Assembly (NCBI GenBank): GCA_964016885.1
Contig: OZ024743.1
Coordinates: 39,246,001-39,310,000 of the forward strand
DNA: 64,000 nt
DNA from: Eledone cirrhosa
Lineage: Eukaryota
Direction: 5' to 3'
Shown piece after piece: positions 52,017 to 64,000 of the stretch. The position numbers and the translations under genes are program-made. The notes below the pieces were generated by a model. That model had not been told where the DNA came from and did no database searches. It saw only the letters and a list, made by a program, of their open reading frames with translations. Position 1 is the stretch's first letter; each line of letters begins with the position of its first letter.

Positions 52017-53201
52017 GTGTGTGTGTGTGTGTGTGCATAAGTGTTCCCATCTGTCACTATAAATGAATGTTCTTAAATAAACGTCTTAGATTCTTACGTC
52101 AGATAAAGATTGTTTGTGATACTATGGCATTGTTAATATAGGATTAACAGCTTCATATGAACCCATACAAGAAAAAGCATTTTTCTATATTAACTTGCAT
52201 GATCTTATGACCTACTGCTATATCAATACGTTTACTGGATATTCTTTAAATTCTGTAAATCTATTTTAATAGTTACACAAATAATTCCTTTCCCTATGTC
52301 TGATAATTCATAAAATTCTTTTACCATTGGTTCATTTGTAGATTGTTTTCAATTGCATTCTATGGAGAACAAAATCACAAAGAAAACCATTTCATTTCAA
52401 GCGCCTTCATGATTATAAATCAATTCATTATGTAAAGGCTATTGCTGAAAGTCCTGATCACCTTGCATTATATAAATATTTAAGAAGTAGTTAATAATAA
52501 ATAACATATATTATACAAAAGATCTGCAACAAGAATTGGTTTTATGTACAAATCTGACAATATTTGTTATATAATGTTCAAGAAATTGTTGTAACAGTTT
52601 TCAACATTAAAGTAGAAAAAAGAAGAGACAAAAAATACAAAAGATGTTCAATGTATTCTTCGTGCTAATGGATCCGCCATTTCCGTTTTAACATGTAATA
52701 TATTTTAAAGAAACCAAGCACGCTGCGATACTATTGAAGCCTGTTTTCAACTCTGTCACTTTAGAGAAAATTCTGAAAGAAAAGTTACATTATAAAAGGA
52801 TATGAAGCTGAAACACATTTCCTGAGTTACAAAGGAACATTCAGAGATTGATATACACCTTATAATTCATGCTTGTTTTGCCATAAATGGTTGGCATTGT
52901 TTAAGAATCAGTGCCGCATGTGATCTCATAGTAAATCACATTATCATACGTTTGATTTCCTGCTGCGATGAGTTGAGTACGGCTGTGTTAATGAACGCTA
53001 AAGACTTAGAATACACTCCTCTTCCTCTCACAGACGTTTCTTTTATTACCGTAGAATGAGAAATTCTATTTAAATATGCTACTGCTAAAATATATTCAAA
53101 CTGGGATTTTGTAGATGTCGTCAAAACATATGCGCCAGTTCTGTATATATACACGTACATGTACACATCTACAAACACATATGCACATATATACATATAT
53201 G

Positions 53202-53348
<147 letters not shown>

Positions 53349-54039
53349 TTATCGTTGATTGAACAACCGTTAATAATGTAGATATATATAGATATATATA
53401 CAATTGAATATATGGGAGGGATGAACACGATATAAGTATACATGTGTTCGAATTGCAAATGACTAACTTAGCCAGGTGGAAAAAATAGTAATTTAAAACA
53501 ATATGGTTTGCCTGTCTCGATTTAAAGTAATACATCAATAAAAATAACAAACCTATATCGGGCAACTGCCGTTTGATACCCAGAGATATCTAAAATCTGT
53601 TTCACAATAATTATTAGGTGAAAGCCACCATTCCTGTGCTCATCTTTGGGTATCCAGGAAATTCGTACCTTGCTCTTCAAAAGATCTGAGAAGACAGAAC
53701 TATGTGTTGATATAAAAACACATGTTCCAGCGCCTAGCGCGTCTCATACTCATGCCGCTAAAAAATAGCAGCCGGTTTTATGAGACTAAAGGTAGCTCTA
53801 CGTATGGAACCGAGAATATCATAGATTGAGTTAGAAACTCTAAATAGTCTTTTACAATAAATATATATATAAATATATATTTATATTTATATTTATATAT
53901 TTATATATATATATTTATATTAATATATATATTTATATATATATATATTTATATATTTATATATATATATTTATATATATATGTATATATTATATTTGGC
54001 CATGTCAAACATTTATATAAATAAATATATATATATATA

Positions 54040-54360
54040 GTCTATCTATGTTCTTTCGTCACACACCTGGGACATCATCAGTGGGACTATTATGTTTCCT
54101 CCCATTGTATTGTAATATCTACGCTATTTTTGTTCTCTTTATTAATTTATTCATTTTTCTTGTCTCTGTCTCTGTTTGCGCATGCCTGTGAGTGTGTTTC
54201 CTGTTTGGTGTGTGTGTTCTTATTTGAGCGTATGTGTTTTTATATACTATCTTTGCTGTTATAAAATACATAAATATATACACAAGTACAATAACGACAA
54301 ACACATATAAACACACACACACGCACACATACGCACACACATACACACACACGCACATAT
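54040..54360 (-). mobile_element. PLE pLTR-like fragment with degenerate HHR
   Basis: CUGAUGA-U-GUC..GAC-GAAAGAAC at ~54046-54085; flanks resemble the PLE-1 and PLE-2 pLTRs. Confidence 0.55.
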
Positions 54361-54527
54361 ATATATATATAACGAAGGAAATGTGGTAAGGAACCAGGTG
54401 GACCATAACGCACCAAAGTACTCAATACTTAGGGTAGTAGAGTGGGTAATAGGAACCAGTAAGACCCCGACGGCTGAGCTCAAGCCGTCGAAACGGCTTG
54501 AGCTCAGCCGTCGGGGTCTTACTGGTT

Positions 54528-54587
<60 letters not shown>

Positions 54588-54594
<7 letters not shown>

Positions 54595-55047
54595 ATACTT
54601 TGGGAGGGTCATGTTGCCAATAAAAACACAGGCACCTGTAGGTTTTCACTTCCATTCATTACAGATATTCCGTTCGGTTGGTTGGTTGTTTCGATAACAC
54701 GATATTGATTATATGTTGTCAAAAAGCTATTTCGTCACACATTCCGTGACCTCCTTATTGACTAGGTTTTTATTTTGTGTCGCTCATGTGTTCAACACAC
54801 AAAAAAAACATGGTGTAGGACAGACCAAACGGGAGATACAAACGAAAAAGCTAGTCACAGACTAGGTCACACAAACCATCCGATAATCCAACCAAAAAAC
54901 CGACCGGAAATTTATAATGGATTGAAATTGAAAACGAAAGATGTATATGTTTTTATTGGCAATGTGACCCTCCCAATGTATAACAATGTCTGGTTCAACA
55001 CTTGTTTTCAGATAAGAAATCTTGCAAAACAAATTAAAAAACGAAGT
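54588..55047. mobile_element. Solo PLE pLTR fold-back (two inverted, diverged pLTR ends) in (TA)n
   Basis: 54588-54790 resembles 23127-23340. 54800-55047 is the opposite orientation and ends with the conserved gaccctcccaatgtataacaat..aacacttg motif. Confidence 0.75.
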
Positions 55048-55699
55048 ATATATATATATATACACACACTAGATCACCCGTGACCCAACAGGGCACGTTC
55101 AATTAAAAATATTTTTGAGAGGCAACTTCCTTTCAAAGTATTTTCCCATTCTGCACCATTTTGGCTGTATTAGATCAGATACAAGCAAATAATCACAGAG
55201 ATTTAGTAGTATATAGATAGATATTTGTACGTATGCACCCACCTATAATAAATATTCTAATTTAGTTACTACCCACTTAATGTATCGCTTTTAAAGAGAC
55301 AATAAATATAGACGATGTTTGTTTGTGTGAGAGTTTATGTTACTCTTTAGCCGTGTGTGTTAATCTTGGCGTGAGCTTGTGCGTGTGTGTGGGGGGGGGG
55401 GGTCGTGCCTGTATGTGAGTGAGTGTGTGTGTGTTCGCTTGTGTCTATTAAAATCAACGTGTTATATTTTTTCCGAACATTTCTATGAAGATATGGCTTT
55501 TTATACAACACAATTTCTTTGTTTATTTTAGTGATTCCAGTTGGCATAACAATGTGACAATTGAAGTATTTTATACTGATAATTAAATCCACGGAAGCTT
55601 TAGTGTAGAATTCTTTACGCATTTAATAGATATTGTAAAGAAATTTGACAAGGTCAGACTGATGTCTCGTATTACAATAGTTGAAATATTTCTATTTTG

Positions 55700-56640
55700 A
55701 ACATCGTCACTTAAAATATAAAACAGACAGCAGAACGAGATAGTTGTGAATTCAGTGAACCGAAGCGTGGTGGCGCTACTGGAAAGATCCCACACAAAGC
55801 GATAAACGATAAATTTAGTGCCTTAAATCTGCTAAATACAGAGTTCAAAACTTTGTCAAGTTGTTAGCGACGAAATTGGGTCCTGACGTCGATGGACAGG
55901 TAGAAAAAGCGCAGCTATACTCTATTCCAAATAGATTCGATACACTATCGTGAGATCGGCTGGGGAGCATGGCTGGATTGGTTTCGGTATAAACGTAATC
56001 CAATCGAATACTTTAGTTAAGGTCGACTATAGGTACAGGTTGGCTGTCTTCATGGTAGACAATCTCGGACCTATTTTTCGGGGACAACTTGACACGCTTT
56101 GATCCCATTTGTTGTTGCGTATATACTGCCATTAGAAACTTCACTGCACCAATTGGCGACGTTGAGAGACGTTTTACACGATCTACAACGATGTTAATCG
56201 GTGACGGCATTTGCCGATTACATCAACCTGCTTATGTCGAGCACTAACAGCCACAAAGAGAACGGAAATGCTCTAAACGCGTATGAGATAATAACAGGAA
56301 CAAACATTAAATGCACCTGTGCAGCAGCTTTGTTGGACCAGTTAAGTTGCTCGGGATATGGTTTGGTCTAGATTTCTACATGAACAAAGACTGGGTCGAT
56401 GTAACAAGGAAAGTACCCACACTCTCCAAGAAATGAGCCGAGAGGAAGCTATCACTCTATGGTTGGGCAGCATTGGTGAATACGTATATCACCTCCATTA
56501 TCTTCTACCATCTGACCATCTTACCTTGGTCCGGTCCACGCCCGAATGCAATGGAACACATACTTTAGCTTGTATGGAAGTGACGCATTCTAATGGGGAA
56601 ATTACACCAGCTGTCAACAACCGTGGCTGATTAGGCGCAA
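55700..56640 (+). mobile_element. Old decayed Tx1 RT fragment
   Basis: NRQQN..VVALL, LLNTEFK, VEKAQLYSIPNR and LGIWFGLD..AERKLSLYG..NTYITSIIFYHLT align with the Tx1-B ORF2. Confidence 0.7.
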
Positions 56641-58599
56641 AAAATACGCTGACACTATGGCATCATCAGGTTTTCCTAGACAGTACACAAATGTGGTCAC
56701 AATTCTCTAGAAACGACTTCTCCCAGTTCCTTTATTTGATACTGCCGCAGTCCTAGGCCAAGCATGTTTGACAAAAGGAATGAAAAGTGAGGATTACCAC
56801 TTACATTATTCATGTTGAAGGACGGTCTATCCTTTCGGCTTATTTTGGGCTCATCCACATGAAGATTACTGTATGTTCTTTTATTTATGGACAATCGGGT
56901 GCCTACAATCCTATCGGGGAAAGTCCCTTTTTATTGTGTATTGTTTGTTGTGGTTATTGCGGGTGTGATGTAATTAGATTTTTGTAATGTTTGTGTTGGT
57001 CAATGCACTTCCTAAAATTCATGTTTTTTAGTGATTATGTCAACATATTTTATCTTCTGTTGTTGGGTTTGCTTTTTGTAATGTTTGATGTTGGTGGGGA
57101 TGTTTTGTTTGACAAATTGATGGTGTCTGTTGTGATGAGATATTTACGGTGGTGGTGGTGATGGTGTTGGTGGTGTTGGTAGTTTTGATGTGTTCGTTCA
57201 AATTGGAAATATTCTGGTACGTCTTATATATTTTGCTTTTTCCCGATCATTTCTTTGCGGGCGAAGTCAAAATGTTTCTTTTTTTGGGGTGTGTGGGGTG
57301 TGTGTGTGTGTGTGTGGGGGGGGGGGGTGTTTGTGTACAATCCAATGTCTACTGGTGTCAGTTATGCCATTTATATCAGGTGTCCCCACGTCATAGAGGC
57401 ATTTTCCCTAAAAATAATGGCACCATAACATTTCTAGTGCCAAAAACCTTTTTCAATATCCCCCTTTCATGTTCTGAAATACATCAGTTCTTACTAAGCT
57501 GTCACCAGCACGAATTTCGGCGTCTGTATGCTTGATTGTTGTTGCTTTCTTTTCTGTCGGTAGTTCTGGTTGTGGTAAAGTTAATGCTGCCGGTGTGTGT
57601 GTAAGTGGGTGTTGGCAGGTTTGATGTTGTTATTAATATTGATATTGTTGTGTCCTTTGTGTTTTCTACAGTGGTAGTTGGTGCAGTGTAACATGTGTTG
57701 TTGTATGTCTTCTTCATTTTTGTGTTAGAATTCCTACTCATTTTCTCTTCGAGATGAGGAGTTAAACAATCTGAAGATTTTCTCAAGCGCTAAGAGTGAG
57801 GCCTCAGGGGATCATGACATTGCCTCGGAAATCTTAGACTGTCTTGACTAAGCTGGCAGAGAATGGTGAAAGAGTTGGATTTCACCCACACTAATACAAA
57901 CGCATGGCATATCCTAAGGAAACTTGGTGCAGCATCTCCCGTTCAGCACCGGTCACCAAACATAATTGCTATTGCAGTTGCATCACACCCACCTCTCAAC
58001 TCCAAGTTACATTCAACGTCAAGAAGTCCGTAAGTATCTGTCGACAGTCTACTTATCTTCACCGAAGAATACCCCTCTTCCTAGACTTTACACTATAAGT
58101 GAGATAGATACTGGACTTACATCCACCAAAGCAAGCAAGGCATCATGAATCGACGGCATCTATCCTTTTACCCATGCAGGTCAGTCTACGAACTGGTATA
58201 TAGCTACGTATACAGCTTGAATGAGCGTATATTCAGTTCCATGAGTATCATGTTGAATAGACACTGTGGCACATGGGAACACCAAACAATCTTGTTTTAT
58301 TGTATTTAGTATCGCACATGTCCGATATACAACAGTTGCGAAGGATCTCTGTTTAACTTATTTGACAACTGTTTATAGTCCAACTGTATTGTAGTAGCGT
58401 TTCAAAACGGCGTAAATATTATAATACACACACTCACACTCACAAAAGCAAGAGCTCACATAAACACACACAAAAACAGGGGCAATGATATGAAATAAAA
58501 ATAAAAATACTAATTTGATAGAATTTAACAGAATTGTTCTGGGATTTGTGTAGCTAGTAATTCATAGATTCTATATATTTGAGGATCTGAGAGATGGGG

Positions 58600-58696
<97 letters not shown>

Positions 58697-59331
58697 TGTA
58701 AGTGTATTCATGAATATATTCATATATGTAAGTATGTGTGATTGTTGGGGGTATATGTAAGATTGTGTGTATATGAGAATGTGTGTGGTATTGGCATTGT
58801 GGTCCATGTTTAACCGAGAAAGATTGTGTTTATAATATTAATATCATGAATGGACATTTTGGAAGCTGTAATTGAAATTATGGACATGAAGTCCCGGATC
58901 ATGAACCTCAACTTCATTTCCATATTTTTTTTTGTAGGAAACTTAACTTCTCGCTGAAAAATACATAATTGATACATTCATACATAATTTAATACTAACG
59001 TTCCATCTCTTCTTAAATGCAAAGCAACTGTTACTAGTGAAACATGAGCATAACGCTAACAGTGTGAATCACAAAACCGTAGTGCAGTGTTTGATCGAGT
59101 CTCCCGTCATCCCGGTTGGGCATCTTCGATCTTAGCGTCGGATTGACAAATATTTGGTGAGTGGAATTCTATCGAAAAACACACTCACAGATACCTGAGG
59201 AGCATTCGATTCCAGAGTCAGAAACGAACATTATCGATAGTTCCTCAAGGGGATCGACAGTGTAATTAGATATGTATTTGATACTATATTTATTCTTTGT
59301 ACCCTAATTATTATAATTATTATTATTTCAT

Positions 59332-59417
<86 letters not shown>

Positions 59418-59595
59418 ACACACACACACACACATATATATGTGTCAATAATTGTCAAAAGTGTAGTGTTTGTACCAGAGTTTTCAAGTCGCTGGCTGGA
59501 CTAAAAAGTCACACTAGTTCAGCGCATCGGTAGGGGTTCTCCTACATGGATATAAAGTAGTGGCCGTACTCGAAAACGAGTTGGCAGCTACCATA

Positions 59596-59708
<113 letters not shown>

Positions 59709-60213
59709 ATATTTGGGGAGGGTCATATTTGCGTAATATTGCCAGAATTAATAACAGAACACACTCACTGTTTGGTTGGTTGTCGCTTCTCGCTGTCTTT
59801 TATATCTGCGATCTAACTTACTCGGTCCTCAATGTTGCCATTGACTGACCGGCGGTCAAAAATAATACAGATACACTATAGACACAAACACATATATATA
59901 GTTTACATAATTTACATCTGCAACATCGTCAGTGGTGTTATATTCATTGTTCCTCCCGTTGTGTTGTATGTCTACGCCATTTTTTGTTCAGTCTGTCTAT
60001 ATATTTATTTATTTATTTGCTTGTTTGTTTATCTTATTTTTTTTTGTCTTCTTTGCGCATGCGTTTGCGTGTGTGTATAGTGTTAAGTGAGATGTGTGAC
60101 TAGTGTGTATAGTGTTGTGTCTGCTGGGTGACTAGTGTGTGTTTATGTGCTTGTTGTTATTGTGCTTGTGTATGTATTTATTTATCTTATTTTATTTAAT
60201 TTTATTTACTTAT

Positions 60214-61581
60214 TTATACTTCTCTTAGGTCAGTGTTGTTTGTTTGGGTGTTGTTGTTGTTCCACTCATTCTTTCTGTTTAGCTTTGGTCTTCTAATTTC
60301 TATTTCACTGGCCTCTCTGATTTGCCTATCTGCTGGGTCATTCCTATGTTTAGATATTATTATAATTTCTATGTTGTCTATGTTACCGTCATGTTGTTGT
60401 CTAGCATGTTCGTATAGTACTGACCCGTTTTTTCGTCCTTTTAGTTCCCCCCAGTGTTGGTCTATCCTTTCACCTATGCTACGAGCTGTCTCACCTATGT
60501 ATGTTGTTGTCATGTTTCTGCAAGTACCCTCTGTACATCTTATGCTATAGACTACGTTTCTAGTTTTACAGTTTATCCGGGGGTTCACCTTACATATGAT
60601 ACATTTCCTATTGGTACAGTGGGTTTTCTTAAAAGGGTAGGTTTTGCTGATCAGGGATTTTATGGTGGTTCCTGGCTTTTCTACCACCTTTATTTTTAAG
60701 TGGGTCTTTCTCAGGGCCTTTCTACACTGGTTAGCTAATTTCCATCCAGGGCTGGCGTCCACAAACATGACACTCTGATATCTCTGGTTGTCGTACCATG
60801 ATGTGGCCTTCCCTATCTTATGTCTAGCCCTATCTAAGCTATTCCATGATTTGCTCCTGTATAGTGTGCAAATTCCTTTCATGTCCAGTTCTATGAGGGT
60901 CTTATACTTTTCCATGGCTCCTTCGTATACTCTGACTCTGTCTCTTTGGTTGTAGCCAGAGAACTGCATGCGGTTGATGAAGTGTTGGATGTGTCCTTCC
61001 ATTTCTGTTGGGTCGCACATGCTGGACACATTCTTCATCACTCGTACCAAATCTGCGATCAGAATATTAAACTTAGCACTACTGGACATTGCTGAGTTTT
61101 TGAGTATCAGGTATTTGGAGGCCATGGGTTTAGCATAGTGTGAGTGGAGAATTTGGGCTCTCTCGTCTATAGTGTTAATCCAGAGTTCTGTGTCTAATAC
61201 AGGTAGTCTATTGTTAGGGTGTTTGGAAGGGAAGTCTATAGTTACAGTTATACTCTGGTGTATGGAATCAGCTATCTGCTGGATGCTTTCCACCGTGCTA
61301 CGTTCTAAATCAAACTTGTTAGTGCTCTCTAGTGGGGGTGTTCTTATAACTATATTGATATCGTCTACATAACGAGAGTACATGATGAGGTATATAGAGC
61401 TTTCATTAAGGAGATCTTTAAGTCTCCTTTCCCACCATACTATGAAAAGGTTGGCAACATCACCAGCTATGCTGACGCCGATGGCTGCTCCCTCATTTTG
61501 GGTGTAGATTTTCTCATTGAACTTAAATATGTGGCCCTTTAGGGTAGTTTTGATACTAGCCCCTATTGCATGTGCGACCAT
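60214..61581 (-). CDS. PLE-2 RT (C-terminal half) + Cys linker + GIY-YIG endonuclease; joined by one frameshift to 61556-62128
   Basis: GAAIGVSIAGDVANL, YSRYVDD, LPVLD, HYAKPMAS, CTNRKCIIC, NVVYSIRC..YIGETAR, LNRKNEW. Confidence 0.88.
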   Translation of the reverse strand: MVAHAIGASIKTTLKGHIFKFNEKIYTQNEGAAIGVSIAGDVANLFIVWWERRLKDLLNESSIYLIMYSRYVDDINIVIRTPPLESTNKFDLERSTVESIQQIADSIHQSITVTIDFPSKHPNNRLPVLDTELWINTIDERAQILHSHYAKPMASKYLILKNSAMSSSAKFNILIADLVRVMKNVSSMCDPTEMEGHIQHFINRMQFSGYNQRDRVRVYEGAMEKYKTLIELDMKGICTLYRSKSWNSLDRARHKIGKATSWYDNQRYQSVMFVDASPGWKLANQCRKALRKTHLKIKVVEKPGTTIKSLISKTYPFKKTHCTNRKCIICKVNPRINCKTRNVVYSIRCTEGTCRNMTTTYIGETARSIGERIDQHWGELKGRKNGSVLYEHARQQHDGNIDNIEIIIISKHRNDPADRQIREASEIEIRRPKLNRKNEWNNNNTQTNNTDLREV

Positions 61582-62253
61582 TTTTTCTTACCTGATCAGT
61601 GTTTGGGGGGGTCCGTATAGCTTTGGTCCACCCAATCCACCTTCCTATGGGAGTCTTTTTAGCCATTGAGGTTATGGTGGGGGGTCTACCTCTTATAGGT
61701 CTACTAGGGCAGAAACATCTGAGGTCATGGCTGTCTAGGTAGTCAGTGTCGTAGGTAAGTCTAAGTAGGAGGCCCAGTTCGTCTGTGTCGACGTCGCAGA
61801 ACTCCACCTCACTCTCAATGATCATCTCCACACATCTTTTCACAGCAAAATCAATGTTAATGGATGGGTACAGTGACACCACATCCATGCTGCCTATTAT
61901 GCAGTTGGATAGGCTCCTGTTTTTGTTGCACTCACTGATTCTGCTGAGGAGGTCCTCTGTACTTTCACAAACATCTGGGGACATCTTCATTATGGGGCGT
62001 ATAACCATTGAGAGGAAGTAGGAGATCCTGTAGTTGCTAGCTATATTAGCTCCGCATACGGGTCTTGTTGGTGGTCCTGTTGTCGGGTCGTCGACTGTCT
62101 TGTGGTCTTTGCGGAGCCCATACAAGTGTGGCGCAAAGAAGACAAAATAAAATAAGATAAACAAACAAGCAAATAAATAAATAAATATATAGACAGACTG
62201 AACAAAAAATGGCGTAGACATACAACACAACGGGAGGAACAATGAAGATAACA

Positions 62254-62293
62254 CCACTGACGATGTTGCAGATGTGCAACGAAAGATTTATGT
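62254..62293 (+). ncRNA. Minimal hammerhead motif in PLE-2 pLTR
   Basis: CUGACGA-U-GUUGCA(GAUG)UGCAAC-GAAA-GAUU-UA/UG; stem I is weak. The mirror copy near 59915-59935 has lost the GAAA half. Confidence 0.6.
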
Positions 62294-62584
62294 AAATTAT
62301 GTAAACTATATATATGTGTTTGTGTCTATATTGTATCTGTATTATTTTTGACCGCCGGTCAGTCAATGGCAACATTTAGGACCGGGTAAGTTAGATCGCA
62401 GATATAAAAGACAGCGAGAAGCGAAAACCAAACAAACAGTGAGTGTGTTCTGTTATTAATTCTGGCAATATTACGCAAATATGACCCTCCCCAAATATAA
62501 CAATATCTGTTTCGACACACGATTTCATATAAAAAAACATCACAAAACTAATATATATATATATATATATGTATATGTATCTAT

Positions 62585-62619
<35 letters not shown>

Positions 62620-62625
62620 CACATA

Positions 62626-62789
<164 letters not shown>

Positions 62790-62800
62790 CACATATATAT

Positions 62801-63397
62801 GGTAGCTGCCAACTCGTTTTCGAGTACGGCCACTACTTTATATCCATGTAGGAGAACCACTACCGATGCGCTGAACTAGTGTGACTTTTTAGTCCAGCCA
62901 GCAACTTGAAAACTCTGGTACAAACACTGCACTTGTGACAATTATTGACACATAGTGCTGGGCCCATGGTACCATGTGACGATAAGGGCAGAGAGATCTC
63001 CAGATATAAAGCAATACCTGTGCCATGAAGCTTTTATAGTGAGGAAAGGCACTGCACGAAGCCAGTCCCACTCTCTTAACCAACATGATATTTACCAAAA
63101 AGAAGAACAAGTTAACATCATTGGATACCATCAGGGTTGCAGGTGTTATATCAGATTTTTCCTTCTCCTAGAATTCTGCCTTGACAAAGGCTAAGGGGTC
63201 ATCTCTCCCGGTGATTTTGGATGGCCATTGAATCTTAAGAGTTCCTTTGACAGGTTTTGCTTGTAGTCCTGCAGGATGTCCAAAGTCATCTTCCTCACCA
63301 AGAAACCTTGGTGGGTTGCCAGTTTAGTCGCCAACGACCCGACCATGAGGCAGTTTAAACCGAGTTACATGTCAGGTCACCAGTTGGTGCTACTGGT

Positions 63398-63400
<3 letters not shown>
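62801..63400 (-). mobile_element. RTE-like LINE 3' end with terminal C2H2 finger; last ~155 bp duplicated in inverse at 59439-59593
   Basis: [23 protein letters not shown], then a short 3' UTR and (TA)n. Confidence 0.55.
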
Positions 63401-63459
<59 letters not shown>

Positions 63460-63621
63460 TTAGAAATAACAGTCCAACACACACTACTTAATAAGCTCAC
63501 CTGTTGACGGAGCCGAAATATAAATGAAAGTTAGAGTTAATAACTCTGATACTAAATACTGAAATACTGAAACCCTGTAATTAACAAGCTCAAAGTAAAA
63601 ATACTGAGCATTATATATATT

Positions 63622-63805
63622 GGGTGGTGGATTGGCAGTATCGGTAGTGGGTCGGACGCCATGCTTTCCAGCATAGTTACGTCCCTTTACGATCTGAGTT
63701 CAAATCCCGCCGAGGTTTACTTTGCCTTTCATCCCTACGGGGTCGATAAAATAAAGTACCAGTAATGCACTGGTTAATTGCTGGCCTTGTGCCTAAAGTA
63801 GAAAC

Positions 63806-63810
<5 letters not shown>
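63622..63810 (+). mobile_element. SINE, same young family
   Basis: A and B boxes; nearly identical to the next copy. Confidence 0.9.
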
Positions 63811-63840
<30 letters not shown>

Positions 63841-63843
<3 letters not shown>

Positions 63844-64000
63844 GCGGTGGATTGGCAGTATCGGTAGAGGGTCGGACGCCATGCTTTCCAGCATAGTTGC
63901 GTCCCTTTACGATCTGAGTTCAAATCCCGCCGAGGTTGACTTTGCCTTTCATCCTTACGGGGTCGATAAAATAAAGTACCAGTAATGCACTGGTTAATTG
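63841..64000 (+). mobile_element. SINE, same family (runs off window end)
   Basis: A box TGGCAGTATCGG, B box GAGTTCAAATC. Confidence 0.9.

Noticed and set aside
52080-52920. Possible decayed hAT-type transposase remnant
   Set aside because: Similarity is too faint to support without a profile search.
56700-57790. GT-rich region resembling Tx1 ORF1 on the minus strand
   Set aside because: Mostly compositional resemblance with no intact knuckle motif; plausible but unsupported.
63486-63525. HHR-like CUGUUGA-CGGAGCC-GAAA
   Set aside because: The core A6 is altered, stem II is minimal and there is no stem I; too degenerate to call.

Overview
Repeat-saturated, AT-rich animal genomic DNA. The SINE and microsatellite content suggests an octopod cephalopod, which is an inference from remembered repeat families. 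No host protein-coding gene is convincingly supported. Bases 1-15.8 kb are a chain of non-LTR retrotransposons joined only by (AAT)n tracts: three Tx1/L1-clade elements on the minus strand (one full length) and two R4/Dong-clade pieces on the plus strand. The rest holds two Penelope-like elements (PLEs; RT plus C-terminal GIY-YIG) with inverted pseudo-LTRs, many tRNA-type SINEs, decayed RTE and Tx1 fragments, and long (TA)n/(CA)n/(GA)n tracts. The most striking signal is a set of mutually unrelated short non-coding elements carrying minimal type-I hammerhead ribozyme (HHR) motifs. They include a 231-bp tandem/inverted array with six HHRs, a 442-bp dimer, a ~315-bp partial tandem, a U3-A8 core variant inside a 1.6-kb palindrome, and half-HHR fold-backs centred on stem II. 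Almost all end on (TA)n and are arranged as fold-back inversions, suggesting a PLE-driven retrozyme system that targets TA microsatellites. Ribozyme folds were assigned by eye and activity is untested.
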